A stretch of DNA of 64,000 bases. It comes from an uncultured delta proteobacterium. GTDB taxonomy: Bacteria > Desulfobacterota > RBG-13-43-22. This document shows, one piece after another, positions 52,925 through 64,000 of the stretch (positions are counted from its first letter, which is position 1; each line of letters starts with the position of its first letter). The position numbers and the translations under genes were made by a program. The DNA is taken from positions 1 to 64,000 of the forward strand of contig CAWDKY010000014.1 of NCBI GenBank assembly GCA_963802945.1. Direction: 5' to 3'. The notes beneath the pieces were generated by a model. That model made no database searches and was not told the DNA's origin. It was given only the letters and a program-made list of their open reading frames with translations.

Positions 52925-54205
52925 TTATGAGTCTTCCCGTCCTGTATCGATCTTGAAAATTTTTTGAACCTGATCAATTTTTTCATCTTGGTGATCATCA
53001 TGGCCCGGTTCTTTTAAAAAAGAGATGGGATCATGGAGGATCTTGTTGATCATGGAACCGGCCATTTGTTCAACTGCCTTTTGCTGCTCGGCTGTTAAAC
53101 CCTCCAAGACCGGCCCGGCTTTTTTCCATTCCCCCTGAAAGATATCCTCTACTTTTTTCCGCAGGCCGATAATGGTTGGGACAACCTCCAGTTCCTTCAG
53201 CCAGGAACGAAACTTGATACCCTCTTCCTGAACGATCCTTTCGGCTTGCAGGGCCTCTTGTTTTCTTTCGGCCATATTTTGATGGACTATTCCCTGGAGG
53301 TCATCCATATCATAAAGAAAGACATTATCCATTTCATTGATCCGGGGATCGATATCCCTGGGTAGGGCGATATCGATGAAGAAAAGGGGCCGTTGTTTTC
53401 TTTGTTTCATGATACCTTTAACCTGCGGGTAAGAGATAATCCTCTCCTGGGCCCCGGTAGAACTGATGACGATATCGCTTTCCAATAAGGCGGAGGGGAT
53501 CTCTTCCAGGGAAACGGCCTGGCCTTGCCATCGCCTGGCCAGTTCCATGGCCCGTTCCAAAGTCCGATTGGCCACGATAATTTTCCGGACCTGGTTATTC
53601 AAGAGGTGTTCCGCGGCCAGCTCGGCCATTTCTCCGGCTCCGATCAAAAGGCATTTTTTCCCGGATAGATTCTGAAAAATCTTTTTGGCCAGTTCCACGG
53701 CGGCAAAACTGATGGATACTGCGTGACTGCCGATCCCGGTTTCGGTGCGGATGCGTTTGGCCACGGAAAAGGTCTTGTGAAGCAGGCGATTGAGGATGAC
53801 GCCGGTGGTGTGATACTTGACCGCTTCCCGATAAGCTTCTTTGATCTGCCCCAGGATCTGAGGTTCTCCTATGACCAGGGAGTCCAAACCGGCCGCAACT
53901 CGAAACAGGTGCCGGACAGCCTCATCCGCCTGATAAATATAAATCGCCGGTAAAAGGTCGGAAGGGGAAAGGAGATGTCCGTCGGACCAATAGGTTAACA
54001 ACTCCTGGATCACCTGATCCGGTTCATCGGCAGCAAAAAGGATTTCAACCCGGTTGCAGGTGGAAAGGAAAAGAGTTTCCTTAATTCCGGGAACTCCTTT
54101 AAGGAAGGAAAAATCCGGCCCTTTTTGATTTAAAAACTCGGTCAGCCGTTCCCGCAGGGCCACCTCGGCGGTGTTATGATTTAGACCAATAATAACCAAT
54201 TCCAA
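52925..54205 (-). CDS. hemA: Glutamyl-tRNA reductase
   Basis: GLNH, STCNRVE, GLDSLVIGEPQILGQ, IGAGEM, DIALPRD. Confidence 0.97.
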   Translation of the reverse strand: MELVIIGLNHNTAEVALRERLTEFLNQKGPDFSFLKGVPGIKETLFLSTCNRVEILFAADEPDQVIQELLTYWSDGHLLSPSDLLPAIYIYQADEAVRHLFRVAAGLDSLVIGEPQILGQIKEAYREAVKYHTTGVILNRLLHKTFSVAKRIRTETGIGSHAVSISFAAVELAKKIFQNLSGKKCLLIGAGEMAELAAEHLLNNQVRKIIVANRTLERAMELARRWQGQAVSLEEIPSALLESDIVISSTGAQERIISYPQVKGIMKQRKQRPLFFIDIALPRDIDPRINEMDNVFLYDMDDLQGIVHQNMAERKQEALQAERIVQEEGIKFRSWLKELEVVPTIIGLRKKVEDIFQGEWKKAGPVLEGLTAEQQKAVEQMAGSMINKILHDPISFLKEPGHDDHQDEKIDQVQKIFKIDTGREDS

Positions 54206-54207
54206 AA

Positions 54208-55071
54208 TTAAATCCTTTTTTCAGATTCCTGGCTCTGAACGGCAGGGGCTTTAAAAGCCGAAAAGCTATGGTATCCTTTAACCAGAAAATTTACACCTAA
54301 GAAGGAAAAGGTCAATATTAGAAACCCGATAATGGAGATCATGGCCGAACGCCGGCCCCGCCATCCGGACACCAGACGGCCGTGCAGCAGGGCGGCATAA
54401 AGCAGCCAGGTAATCAAGGACCAAACCTCTTTGGGATCCCACCTCCAGAAGGTACCCAGGGTGTATTGGGCAAAGATCGACCCGCTGAGCATGCCCAGGG
54501 TTAAAAGAGGGAATCCGAGAATCAGGCAGTTATAATTCAGTGCATCCAAGACCTCCAGCGAGGGAAGCCGATAATAAAGAGGGCCTAAATGTTTGGATTT
54601 GATCTGGCGTTCCTGGATGAGATACATGATCCCGGCCAAAAAGGCGACGGCAAATACCCCGTTGCCGATAAAGATGGTTACTATGTGAACCATCAACCAA
54701 ATATTATGCAGCAGGGGATTAACCGGTCCGGTTTGATGGGGAAGAAAGGACGAGCTGATCATCATCACTGCGGCTAGGGGAGAAAGAAAAGAGCCCAGTA
54801 CCATGATGTTGAATCGAATCTGGATTAAAAGGTATACTCCGATGATGGCCCAGGCAAAAAACGATAAGGACTCCTGTAAATTATGAACCGGGAAATAGCC
54901 GGTTTGAATAGTCCAGAAGCCGATAGTGAACGTATGGATTAAAAATCCCAGAAAGAGAAAGCCGAAAGAAATTCGGGCCAGGGGTTTGAGTTGAAAAACA
55001 ATAAATAGAATATAACCCAAAGTGCCCAGCAAATAGAGACTTAATGTGCATTTGAAAAAGAAAACGGCCAT
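54208..55071 (-). CDS. ccsA: Cytochrome c biogenesis protein CcsA/CcsB
   Basis: WLMVH, FWRWDPKEVWS (WWD domain), GYHSF. Confidence 0.92.
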   Translation of the reverse strand: MAVFFFKCTLSLYLLGTLGYILFIVFQLKPLARISFGFLFLGFLIHTFTIGFWTIQTGYFPVHNLQESLSFFAWAIIGVYLLIQIRFNIMVLGSFLSPLAAVMMISSSFLPHQTGPVNPLLHNIWLMVHIVTIFIGNGVFAVAFLAGIMYLIQERQIKSKHLGPLYYRLPSLEVLDALNYNCLILGFPLLTLGMLSGSIFAQYTLGTFWRWDPKEVWSLITWLLYAALLHGRLVSGWRGRRSAMISIIGFLILTFSFLGVNFLVKGYHSFSAFKAPAVQSQESEKRI

Positions 55072-55077
55072 GAGTCC

Positions 55078-55764
55078 TCACTGAAGGGAAGGGAACAGTT
55101 TATCTAAAAGTTCGGTTAAGTTGGCCCGGGGGAAAGGCGGCTTCAGGAGGCGGTCCATAAGAGCAAACAGGGATTCAAAAGCCCCGGTTTCCAACCAGGA
55201 CAAGATTGGAGCGGTGACCAAGGTTTCAAAAATTTTTTGGTTTTCCTCCTGGGACATTTTGCGGGCCAGGACCTCGTTGCGTATTTGACCCAACAACTCC
55301 AGATATGGGCCGTAGATTTCGGGAAACTTTTCTTCCAAATCCAGACGAATTTTTTTGGACAAAGCCGGGCTTTTCCCGGCAGTGGAAACAGCAATGGTCA
55401 GATCGCCGCGGCAGACCAGAGAGGGGAGGATAAAATTGCATTCATTGGGCTCATCGGCGATATTGCACAGTATCCGGTGTTCTTTGGCCTCCCGGCCGAT
55501 TTTCTTGTTGAGTTCCGAATCATCGGTGGCCCCGATGACCAGGAGCATCTCTTTAAGGTATTCGGTCTGGTAAGATGAGGCCAGAAGAATAATCCGACCC
55601 TGCTGCACTTCTTCTCTAAGATAAGGGGTCAGTTCCTGGCTGATCAGATAAACTTTGGCCGAGCAGGATTGCAGGGTCTTTACCTTTCGTTCCCCCACTT
55701 GCCCTCCCCCAACAACCAAACAGGGGGTATTTTGTAAATCCAAAAAGACAGGATAATAACGCAT
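55078..55764 (-). CDS. sirC: Precorrin-2 dehydrogenase / sirohydrochlorin ferrochelatase (CysG N-terminal, SirC)
   Basis: YYPVFLDL, VVGGGQVGERK, GATDD, NIAD, VSTAGKSPAL. Confidence 0.92.
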   Translation of the reverse strand: MRYYPVFLDLQNTPCLVVGGGQVGERKVKTLQSCSAKVYLISQELTPYLREEVQQGRIILLASSYQTEYLKEMLLVIGATDDSELNKKIGREAKEHRILCNIADEPNECNFILPSLVCRGDLTIAVSTAGKSPALSKKIRLDLEEKFPEIYGPYLELLGQIRNEVLARKMSQEENQKIFETLVTAPILSWLETGAFESLFALMDRLLKPPFPRANLTELLDKLFPSLQ

Positions 55765-55796
55765 AAAATTGCTCGGTTTAGTTAGAGAATAAATGA

Positions 55797-55940
55797 CAAG
55801 AATCCAGAATCCAGAAGTCAGAATTCAGAATAAAAACACTTGAACTTTTTTTAACCCTTGAATCCTTTGTTTAAAGTCCAGGGTTTTTACTTCCGAGCCG
55901 TTCACTTGAATCCTTGACCCCTTGACCCCTCGAATCCTTT
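55797..55940. repeat. Heptamer tandem repeats of two families
   Basis: CAAGAATCCAGAATCCAGAAGTCAGAATTCAGAAT and CTTGAATCCTTGACCCCTTGACCCCTCGAATCCTT. Confidence 0.72.
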
Positions 55941-56097
55941 GTTTTTTTTTAACATCTTATCATGAATTACCCTCTTGTCAACTTTTAGGCTTAATAACCA
56001 ATAGTTGATAATCAAAGCCAAATAGTGTATTAAATATAAAAATACGGTTCAAGTTCTTCGTCTAACAAAAAACAAAACCAGAAATCGGTTATTAATC

Positions 56098-57637
56098 ATG
56101 GCTACAGAATTACTGATCAATGCCCGTTCCTATGAAACCCGTGTGGCGGTGATCGAAAATAATATCCTGGCCGAGCTCCATGTCGAGCGGCCCAGCCGAT
56201 ACAGTCTGGCCGGTAATATCTATAAGGGTCGGGTGGTCCGGGTATTGCCTGGGATGCAGGCCGCCTTTGTCGATATCGGACTGGAACGGGCGGCCTTTCT
56301 TTATATTACCGATGTAACCGACAATTTTGAAGAGTTCGAGGCCATGATGAAGGAAGAGGAGGAAGACCCGGAGGAAGAGTCTGGGCGAACTGGAAGTCGA
56401 ACTCGAAGAAAAAGTGACATCCCGTCAACCTTATTTTAATATTGAGGACCTGCTTAATGAAGGGCAGGAACTACTGGTCCAGGTTGTCCGGGAACCACTC
56501 GGTTCAAAGGGTGCCCGGATCACCACTCACATCTCTTTACCCGGTCGTCATTTAGTCCTCATGCCCACCATGGATCATATTGGTGTTTCCCGCCGTATTG
56601 AAGATGAAACGGAGCGGAAAAAACTTAGAGAATTTTTAAGTGAGATCAAACCGGATGGATTTGGATTGATTGCCAGGACGGCCAGCGAAGGGGCACTCAA
56701 GGACAAGATCAAGACTGAAATGGATTTTTTGATCAAGCTTTGGAACAATATCCAACAAAAAATGCCCCGGGCTTCTATTTCCAGCCTTATTTACCAGGAT
56801 TTGAATATTACCCTCCGGGCGGTCAGGGATCTTTTTACCAAGGAAGTTGATCGCCTGGTGATCGATTCCCGGCCGGAATATGAGCAGATTCTTCAATTTA
56901 TCGATACTTTTATGCCTAAATTGAAACATCTGGTCCACTTATACGAAGGGAAAGAGCCCCTTTTTGACGGCTATGGAATCGAGGTGGAAGTGGGACGGGC
57001 CTTGGGCAAAAAGGTCTGGTTGAAATCAGGCGGCTATATCGTTATTGAAGCTACCGAGGCCTTGACCTCGATCGATGTCAATACCGGTCGTTATGTGGGC
57101 AAGAGGAATCTGGAAGAAACCATTCTTAAGACCAACTTGGAGGCCGTCAAAGAGATTGCCTACCAGTTGCGGCTGCGCAATATCGGCGGATTGGTGGTTA
57201 TTGATTTTATTGATATGGAAAAAAAGAGCGACCGGGAAAAGGTTTTTAATGCCCTGAAAGAAGCCCTGAAACGAGACAAGAACAAGACCAATGTTCTTAA
57301 GATGTCCGAACTGGGGTTGATTGAAATGACCCGGAAACGGACCCGTGAAAATTTGACTCGGCTGTTCCGGGAACCTTGTTTTTATTGCGAGGGTGAAGGT
57401 TGGCTGAAATCCAAAAATTCCATTTGCTATCAGATCTTCCGGCAGATTGAGCGAGAGGCCTGGGAAATGCCTGGAGATAGCCTGACCTTGCAGGTCCATC
57501 CGGAAATTGCCGGTCTGCTTCTGGATGAAGAGCATCCGGCCATGGAAGAAGTGGAACAAAGGATCGGCAAGAGGATCTCCGTGGAGTCCAAAGAAGCCAT
57601 GCATCTGGAACAATTTAAAATTTATAATGATAAATAG
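56098..57637 (+). CDS. rng: Ribonuclease G (Rne/Rng family), frameshift near 56382
   Basis: GNIYKGRV..VLPGMQAAFVDIG, KGARIT, LKSGGY, IDVNTG, LRLRNIGGLVVIDFIDM, CFYCEG. Confidence 0.93.
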
Positions 57638-57699
57638 TCCGATTTTTTGTTTTTTCTTGACAGTGGAATAACTCTTAAGATAGATGTTTCGATAAAGCT

Positions 57700-57774
57700 G
57701 GGCGGGTAGCTCAGCGGGAGAGCATCGGCCTTACAAGCCGAGGGTCACAGGTTCAAATCCTGTTCCGCCTACCA
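57700..57774 (+). tRNA. tRNA-Val(TAC)
   Basis: GGGCGGGTAGCTCAG...TCGGC-CTTACAA-GCCGA...GGTTCAAATCC...CCGCCTACCA. Confidence 0.96.
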
Positions 57775-57789
57775 TTTACCATTTTGATC

Positions 57790-57866
<77 letters not shown>

Positions 57867-57867
57867 A

Positions 57868-57913
57868 TACATTGAAGCTTCCCGTCCGAAACAGAACGAG
57901 GAGCTTCAATGTA
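57868..57913 (+). terminator. Hairpin after tRNA pair
   Basis: TACATTGAAGCTT...GAGCTTCAATGTA, with a T-rich tract shortly downstream. Confidence 0.5.
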
Positions 57914-58055
57914 CTCGCGAATCTTGTTTTTTTATTGACATCGTTTTTCTTTTTCAATAAGCTCTTAAAAACTTTAGAAGATTAAGGATGGGGTCATCCC
58001 CGGTCTACCGCAAACTAGACGTGAACGATTTCCCATTTCAGAAGGCCCTCCAAAT

Positions 58056-58523
58056 ATGTTTGTTTCGCAATCAGGTAAAGGCTTTTTGTTGATCATCCTC
58101 CTTATTTTGATTTTGGGAGTGGTGGGTCTGTGGTTGTTTTCCTCTCAATTAGGGTTCCCCCTAGAAGGCTCGGAGAAGGAAGATGTGCATATTGTTCTTT
58201 CCCAAGAGGGAACTACTGCGGAACATGTCTGGGCCATAACAGGATATGGGGTAATCCTGGACTGTGAAGGAGTAATCGATTCTCCTCCGGGAACTTACTT
58301 ACTTACCATTATGGCCGATGATGAGGTGGCCTATGAAGGAAAGTTAATGGCCGGCCAAAAACATCAATATAAACTGAAGACCCGCTGGGGGAGGGCCATG
58401 ACCATTATTACCCACAAGCTTAAAGGATTAAGTGGCCAAAAAGAGGTCAAGGTTACCTACCTTTTTACCTACACCTATTCCTATAAAAGCCTCCTGAATC
58501 GTTTGATCCCTTGGGGGGATTAA
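58056..58523 (+). CDS. Hypothetical protein with N-terminal TM/signal
   Basis: 155-aa ORF, hydrophobic N-terminus, beta-rich remainder. Confidence 0.6.
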   Translation: MFVSQSGKGFLLIILLILILGVVGLWLFSSQLGFPLEGSEKEDVHIVLSQEGTTAEHVWAITGYGVILDCEGVIDSPPGTYLLTIMADDEVAYEGKLMAGQKHQYKLKTRWGRAMTIITHKLKGLSGQKEVKVTYLFTYTYSYKSLLNRLIPWGD

Positions 58524-58638
58524 CACGATTTTTAATGTTCCTCCCATCCCAATCTTCTTTTTGACAGCCTATTGATTTTAGGATAAACCTATGTTTGAAT
58601 GGTTACTATGGTTACTAGATAAGATAAGGAGTTAAGCT

Positions 58639-59487
58639 ATGCAAGAAACCAAACCCGTTAAATTTTCCGGGGCCAAGAAATACGTACTGGATGAAGAATT
58701 GGCCAAGATCGTCAATATTACCATGGGACTGGAAATGCCCTTACTGCTAAAAGGAGAACCCGGAACAGGCAAGACCATGCTGGCTCATGCCATTGCCGAA
58801 ACCTTCGGCCTGCGATTGATTGTTCTTAATGTCAAGTCGAGCATGAAGTTGATCGATGCCCTCTACCAATACGATACCTTGACCCGTTTAAACGACAGCC
58901 GTTTCGGGGACTCCAAACGGGATGTCAGCAACATAGAAGATTATATCAAAATGGGCAAAATCGGTCAGGCCTTTACAGCCGAAGAAAAGGTGGTCTTGCT
59001 GATTGATGAGATCGACAAGGCCGACACCGATTTCCAGGACGATATGCTGGATGTTCTGGACCAAATGGAATTTGATATTATCGAGATCGATAAAACCATT
59101 TCAGCCAAGCATCGGCCGATTATTATTATAACCTCCAATGCCAAAAAAGACTTGTCTGATCCCTTTTTAGGCCGCTGCAACTTTCACCATATTGCCTTTC
59201 CCGAACCGGCTATGATGAGGAGTATTATTCATGTCCATTTCCCTAATATCGACCAGGAGCTGCTGGATAGTGCCATCCAAACCTTTTATCGTCTCCGGGA
59301 TATTAGGGGAATCGAAAAAAAACCGGCTACCCGGGAATTGATCAACTGGCTCCGGGCCTTGAGATCCGATCCGGACTTCAAGGTCAAGGACCTGATCAAA
59401 GGTGAGGTCCCTTTTTTGGGGGTTTTGTTCAAAAAGAGTCAGGATTATGTGGTGGCTCAAGCCAGCGTGGGCCATGGAAAAAGATAA
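58639..59487 (+). CDS. MoxR-family AAA+ ATPase
   Basis: GEPGTGKT, LLIDEIDKAD, IITSN, KKPATRELINW. Confidence 0.92.
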   Translation: MQETKPVKFSGAKKYVLDEELAKIVNITMGLEMPLLLKGEPGTGKTMLAHAIAETFGLRLIVLNVKSSMKLIDALYQYDTLTRLNDSRFGDSKRDVSNIEDYIKMGKIGQAFTAEEKVVLLIDEIDKADTDFQDDMLDVLDQMEFDIIEIDKTISAKHRPIIIITSNAKKDLSDPFLGRCNFHHIAFPEPAMMRSIIHVHFPNIDQELLDSAIQTFYRLRDIRGIEKKPATRELINWLRALRSDPDFKVKDLIKGEVPFLGVLFKKSQDYVVAQASVGHGKR

Positions 59488-59496
59488 GATCTAACT

Positions 59497-60690
59497 ATGT
59501 TTGTAGATTTTTTTTATTTTTTAAAAAAAGTGGGGATCCCGGTATCTCCCACCTCTTTCTTGAGGCTGCAGAAGGCCCTCGGAATGGGGTTGATCAATTC
59601 CTTGGATGACTTGTACATTGCCGCCCGGACTATCCTGGTTAAGAGTGAGCGTTATTTCGATTTATACGATCAGGCCTTTGCCCACCAATTCCGCGGAATG
59701 GAATTCAAGGAAGTGGATGACTTTGAAATAACGGATGAGCTCCGGGCCATGTTGGAAGAATGGCTGAAAAAGCCTGAAGACCTGGCCCAGGCCCTGGGGT
59801 TGGATGAAGACGAACTTAAAAATATGACCCCGGAGGAACTGCTCCAATACTTCCTGGATCGGTTAAAGGAACAAACCGAAGAGCACCATGGCGGTAAAAA
59901 ATGGATCGGGACCAGCGGAACTTCTCCGGTCGGTCACTCTGGCTTTCACCCGGGAGGTATGCGGGTGGGCGGAGTAGGGGGAGGCAAGTCGGCCGTCAAG
60001 GTGGCCCTGGATCGCCGATACAAGGATTATTCCCAACAAGGACCGCTGACCCAGTCCCAGATCGGGGAGGCCTTGAAACGACTCCGACATATGGTGCCGG
60101 TAGGACCCAGAGATAGGATCAATATCGACAAAACCATTTATGAAACCATGAAGAATGCCGGTGAAATCGAGATTATTTTTGATCAAAGCCTTAAAGACCG
60201 GTTAAAGGTGATCCTGGCGATCGATAACGGCGGCTGGTCTATGGATCCATATGTCGGCCTGGTCCAGACCCTTTTTAATTATGCGCGGGACCAGTTCAAG
60301 GATCTGAAGACTTTTTTCTTTCACAATACCATCTACGATTATCTGTGGGAAGATCCTCCAAGGCGGTCTAAGCCTTTTCCCACCGATCATCTGGTCCGCC
60401 TGGACCCCGAAACCCGGTTCATTATCGTCGGGGATGCCAGTATGGCCCCTTATGAATTGATGGGCAACGACGGTTACATTTATGTAGGTGAGCGTTCCGG
60501 TAGACCGAGTTACGAAAGGCTGAAGTTCATTGCCGATACCTTCAGCCATGCCCTATGGATCAACCCGGTCATGGCCTCGGATTGGGGGTATACCAGGACC
60601 ATCACCCAGATTCGGGAACTCTTTCCCATGTTCGAACTGACCTTAGACGGCCTGGAAAAGGCTGTGACCCAGATGATGACCAAGCACTAA
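59497..60690 (+). CDS. VWA-domain (CoxE-like) partner of MoxR
   Basis: HHGGKKWIGTSGTSPVG, IDNGGWSM, FFHN, VGDASMAPYEL, WINP. Confidence 0.88.
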   Translation: MFVDFFYFLKKVGIPVSPTSFLRLQKALGMGLINSLDDLYIAARTILVKSERYFDLYDQAFAHQFRGMEFKEVDDFEITDELRAMLEEWLKKPEDLAQALGLDEDELKNMTPEELLQYFLDRLKEQTEEHHGGKKWIGTSGTSPVGHSGFHPGGMRVGGVGGGKSAVKVALDRRYKDYSQQGPLTQSQIGEALKRLRHMVPVGPRDRINIDKTIYETMKNAGEIEIIFDQSLKDRLKVILAIDNGGWSMDPYVGLVQTLFNYARDQFKDLKTFFFHNTIYDYLWEDPPRRSKPFPTDHLVRLDPETRFIIVGDASMAPYELMGNDGYIYVGERSGRPSYERLKFIADTFSHALWINPVMASDWGYTRTITQIRELFPMFELTLDGLEKAVTQMMTKH

Positions 60691-60715
60691 CCAAAATTAT
60701 TTTAAAACCTTGGTT

Positions 60716-60853
60716 AAAATCCGAAATCCGAATTTCGAAATCCGAAACAAATTAAATGAGCAAATTCCCGAATTCAAAACGTTTTTGTTTTGGTCTTTTA
60801 GATTTGGGACCTTCGGGCTTATTTCAGATTTTGTGCTTCGAATTTCGGATTTA
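60716..60853. repeat. Inverted heptamer-repeat element
   Basis: AAATCCGAAATCCGAATTTCGAAATCCGAAAC ... TTTCAGATTTTGTGCTTCGAATTTCGGATTT. Confidence 0.78.
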
Positions 60854-60931
60854 AAGATTACGCCGGTTCAAATTTTAGAAACAAATTTCTAAGATCGAGT
60901 AAAGAAAAAATCCAATTTATAGGATTATCCC

Positions 60932-61126
60932 ATGAATGGAAAAAACCGGGCGGATATTTCAACGGGAGCCCGGGGACAGGTTGTTCAGAAACAGGATCAG
61001 CATTCCGGTAAACTGACAGAAGGGATTGTCAAGGATATTCTTACCAAATCCCTCAATCATCCCCATGGAATCAAAGTTCGGCTGACTAGCGGCGTGATAG
61101 GCCGGGTGAAAGAAGGCCTTCCCTAA
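60932..61126 (+). CDS. YwbE/DUF2196-family protein
   Basis: KQDQHSGKLTEGIVKDILT.S..HPHGIKVRL..G.IGRV. Confidence 0.85.
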   Translation: MNGKNRADISTGARGQVVQKQDQHSGKLTEGIVKDILTKSLNHPHGIKVRLTSGVIGRVKEGLP

Positions 61127-61166
61127 CTATAATAGTTGGGTTTAAAGAAAAATATTAAGGTAAAAA

Positions 61167-63245
61167 ATGCCGAACCGATTAATTAATGAAAAAAGTCCTT
61201 ATCTTCTTCAACACGCCCATAACCCCGTTGACTGGTATCCCTGGGGGCAGGAAGCCTTTGAAAAAGCCAAGGGAGAAGACCAACCGATTTTTCTTTCCAT
61301 CGGTTACGCCACCTGTCACTGGTGCCATGTCATGGCCAATGAATCCTTTGAGGATGAAGAGGTGGCCCACTTGTTGAACCAGTCCTTTGTGTCCATTAAA
61401 GTGGATCGAGAAGAACGGCCGGACATTGATCAGGTTTATATGTCGGTCTGCCAGGCCTTGACCAGCCAGGGAGGCTGGCCCCTGTCCATTTTTATGACCC
61501 CGGAAGGAAAACCTTTTTTTGCCGGGACTTATTTCCCCAAGAGAAGTCGTTTAGGTATGTTAGGATTTCTTGAAATATTGATCCAGATCGCATCCCTCTG
61601 GCAGCGGGATCGTGATAGTATGATTAAAGCCGGAGATGAGACCAGCGAGGTCATTCAAAAAAAGACCGATTACGATTTCGAAGGTCCGTCGTTAACCGAT
61701 CAAGCCCTGGAGTTAGGCTGCCAGCAGCTGCAGAATGTCTTTGATCCCCAATGGGGCGGATTTGGTGCTGCTCCCAAATTTCCCACACCCCATCATCTGA
61801 CTTTCCTTTTGCGTCGCCATAGACGTCGGCAGGATCCCCAGGTCCGGACTATGATCGAAAAGACCCTGCAACACATGCGATTTGGAGGTATCTTTGATCA
61901 GATCGGATGGGGATTCCATCGTTATTCGGTGGATGAAAAATGGTTCGTCCCCCATTTTGAAAAGATGCTTTATGATCAGGCCCTACTGGCCATGGCCTAT
62001 ATCGAGGCTTATCAGTCCCTGCAAAATGCCTTTCACGCCCGGGTGTGCCGGGAAGTCTTCGGCTATGTTTTAAGAGATATGACCTCTCCCGAAGGGGGCT
62101 TTTACTCCGCCGAAGATGCCGACAGTGAGGGGAAAGAAGGGTTTTTTTATCTCTGGACCTATCAACAGGTCAGGGATTCATTTGATCGGGACACAGCAGA
62201 TATCTTTTGCCGTTTTTATAACATCACCCCAGCCGGAAATTTTGAAGAAGGGGAAAATATCCCTTATATTTCCATGTCGCCTGAGGAATTTGCTCAAAAA
62301 GAAAAGATGGGGCTCGAGGAATTGGAAACCTTACTAAACGAGGCTCGCGAGCGGCTTTTTTCAATCCGGGGTGATCGGGTACCTCCTTTAAAAGATGATA
62401 AAATCCTGACTTCCTGGAATGGGCTGATGATCGCGGCCCTGGCCAAAGGCACCCAGGCCTTGGGTGATCCGATCTATGCCCTGGCAGCGGTAAAGGCAGC
62501 TTTGTTTATTTTGGAAAAAATGCGTACTCCCTCAGGCGGGCTTTATCATCGATACCGGGAGGGTCATATCGCTCATCCGGGTTTTCTTGAGGATTATGCC
62601 TTTTTCATCTGGGGACTGATCGAATTGTATGAAACCGTTTTTGATATCCATTTTCTCAAGGAAGCGGTTGCCCTCAATGAACGTCTGATCGACTTGTTCT
62701 GGGATCAGGAGAATGGCGGCTGTTATTTTACGGCCAAGGAAGGTGAAAGGCTTCTTTTTCGGGGGAAAGACCTTTATGACGGGGCGATCCCTTCCGGCAA
62801 TTCAATCACCGCCCTGAATTTTCTACGTCTGGGCCGATTGACTGGAAACACCGAGCTGGAGCAAAGGGCAGATCAGCTATTCAGACATTTTTCAACCGTT
62901 GTGGCCGGATATCCGATGGCCTATACCCAATTTCTCAATGCCTTGGACTTTGGGCTTGGTCCCAGTCAGGAGATTGTGGTGGCCGGTAATTCGAAGGAAG
63001 CCGCCACCCGGGAGATGATTTCGCTTGTTCACCGGAGCTTTTTACCCAACAAGGTCTTGTTGTTGAGGCCTGACAAGGAAAAAGAGGCGCAAAAGGCCTT
63101 TCAGCTTTCTCCTTTTTTAGAAGCACTAAAACCAATTAATAACCAGCCAACAGTTTTTCTTTGTTCCCAATATGCCTGCCGGTCCCCCATAGTGGAATTA
63201 GAAGAGTTAAAAAAGGGGATTTCTGTGAAACTGGAGACGGGTTGA
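61167..63245 (+). CDS. YyaL/SSP411 thioredoxin-domain protein (DUF255)
   Basis: [62 protein letters not shown]. Confidence 0.94.
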   Translation: MPNRLINEKSPYLLQHAHNPVDWYPWGQEAFEKAKGEDQPIFLSIGYATCHWCHVMANESFEDEEVAHLLNQSFVSIKVDREERPDIDQVYMSVCQALTSQGGWPLSIFMTPEGKPFFAGTYFPKRSRLGMLGFLEILIQIASLWQRDRDSMIKAGDETSEVIQKKTDYDFEGPSLTDQALELGCQQLQNVFDPQWGGFGAAPKFPTPHHLTFLLRRHRRRQDPQVRTMIEKTLQHMRFGGIFDQIGWGFHRYSVDEKWFVPHFEKMLYDQALLAMAYIEAYQSLQNAFHARVCREVFGYVLRDMTSPEGGFYSAEDADSEGKEGFFYLWTYQQVRDSFDRDTADIFCRFYNITPAGNFEEGENIPYISMSPEEFAQKEKMGLEELETLLNEARERLFSIRGDRVPPLKDDKILTSWNGLMIAALAKGTQALGDPIYALAAVKAALFILEKMRTPSGGLYHRYREGHIAHPGFLEDYAFFIWGLIELYETVFDIHFLKEAVALNERLIDLFWDQENGGCYFTAKEGERLLFRGKDLYDGAIPSGNSITALNFLRLGRLTGNTELEQRADQLFRHFSTVVAGYPMAYTQFLNALDFGLGPSQEIVVAGNSKEAATREMISLVHRSFLPNKVLLLRPDKEKEAQKAFQLSPFLEALKPINNQPTVFLCSQYACRSPIVELEELKKGISVKLETG

Positions 63246-63274
63246 AGCAATAAATTATAGAAAGGATATGAAAT

Positions 63275-64000
63275 ATGGATAAAAAAATAACAGAAGGTAT
63301 GAAAGCCTTTTTTGAACAACTGGGTCTGCCGGAAGAACCTTTTGGGGTTTTTTATACCGATCAACAGCCGGAAAAAGGGTATTCTCCAAAATCGGGAAAT
63401 TTACCGACTGCAGAGATGGAGAAAAAAGGAGAAGTCAACTGGGGTTCAGTTTTTGAGAATTTTTCATGTGTTATTGGAAATATCTGGCGGGCCCGGCGTA
63501 TGGGGAGCCTGGCCTATTTTGACCGGGAACGGTTCGGCTGCCTGGGCGGGTCTTTTTATCTGGGTTTTTTAAAACCTCAATTGGATTTCATCGCTTATTA
63601 TATTTCAACCGGGATCCCTAACCAGATCCAGGGAGAACATTACCTGGAATCGCCTGAAATAACCCGCCACTTCTTTCAGACCGTTGACCCCAGGCCGGCC
63701 CCGGCCCGTTATTGTGTCTTCAAACCCATCAGTCAGTTTGCCATAAATGAACAGCCGGAACTGGTTATCTTTTTTGCACGTGGGGAAATTCTTTGCGGCT
63801 TGAATCAACTGGCCACCTTTGTTACCAACGATTTTGAGGCCGTTAGCTCCCCTTTTGGGGCCGGATGCACCAATCTTGTTACCTGGCCTTTAAAATACCT
63901 GGCAGAAGGGAAACTTAAAGCGGTTTTGGGAAGCTGGGATCCTTCGGATCGAAAATTTTTAAAACCAGACGAGCTAACCTTTACCGTCCCTTTGGCAATG
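63275..64000 (+). CDS. DUF169-family protein (runs off the window end)
   Basis: Open frame from ATG 63275: CVIGNIWRAR, FGCLGGSFYLGF, YISTG, VFKP, SPFGAGC, WDPSDR. Absent from the ORF track because there is no stop. Confidence 0.75.
   Translation, partial: MDKKITEGMKAFFEQLGLPEEPFGVFYTDQQPEKGYSPKSGNLPTAEMEKKGEVNWGSVFENFSCVIGNIWRARRMGSLAYFDRERFGCLGGSFYLGFLKPQLDFIAYYISTGIPNQIQGEHYLESPEITRHFFQTVDPRPAPARYCVFKPISQFAINEQPELVIFFARGEILCGLNQLATFVTNDFEAVSSPFGAGCTNLVTWPLKYLAEGKLKAVLGSWDPSDRKFLKPDELTFTVPLAM

Noticed and set aside
57985-58040. Possible riboswitch upstream of the hypothetical gene (GGATG..CATCC and GTCTA..TAGAC hairpins)
   Set aside because: Does not fit the c-di-GMP, fluoride, purine or SAM consensus that I can verify by eye; needs an Rfam scan.

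Overview
Chromosomal window most consistent with an anaerobic Desulfobacterota (deltaproteobacterial) genome. This is inferred from the sirC/cysG-ccsA-hemA block, the split archaeal-type glutamate synthase and many sigma54 promoters. Layout: (1) 1-560, joined internal fragments of rpsA and murA, probably an assembly chimera. (2) 561-3115, a putative restriction-modification pair: a PvuII-like N4/N6 methyltransferase plus a nuclease-HEAT protein. (3) 3.3-29.7 kb, a nitrogen-assimilation supercluster: porin, APC permease, PP2C-Ser/Thr kinase fusion, three Amt, three PII, class I GATase, glnD, glnA, then a sigma54 operon mvhD-metV-metF fused to three split glutamate-synthase genes without gltD. 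Five of the six sigma54 promoters in this cluster share a paired ACAAWWTTGT-like upstream box. (4) 29.9-40.8 kb, an accessory island: dead hicAB, MNT-HEPN, an IS110 with a long 3' non-coding end carrying bridge-RNA-like guides, an ABC importer operon with an embedded SET-domain gene followed by nucleosidase (PNP)-domain genes, and a second RM system with an HTH controller. (5) 41-52 kb, metabolic and two-component genes. (6) 52-64 kb, housekeeping: ssb, hemA, ccsA, sirC, rng, tRNA-Val, tRNA-Asp, MoxR/VWA, YyaL, DUF169. About a dozen single-base frameshifts, some in conserved genes, suggest sequencing or consensus errors. No CRISPR array or rRNA was seen. The best candidates for undescribed biology are the MvhD-MetVF-coupled split glutamate synthase, the ABC-SET-nucleosidase operon, the N-regulated porin-APC-phosphatase/kinase module, and a ~200-nt repeated promoter-like element.
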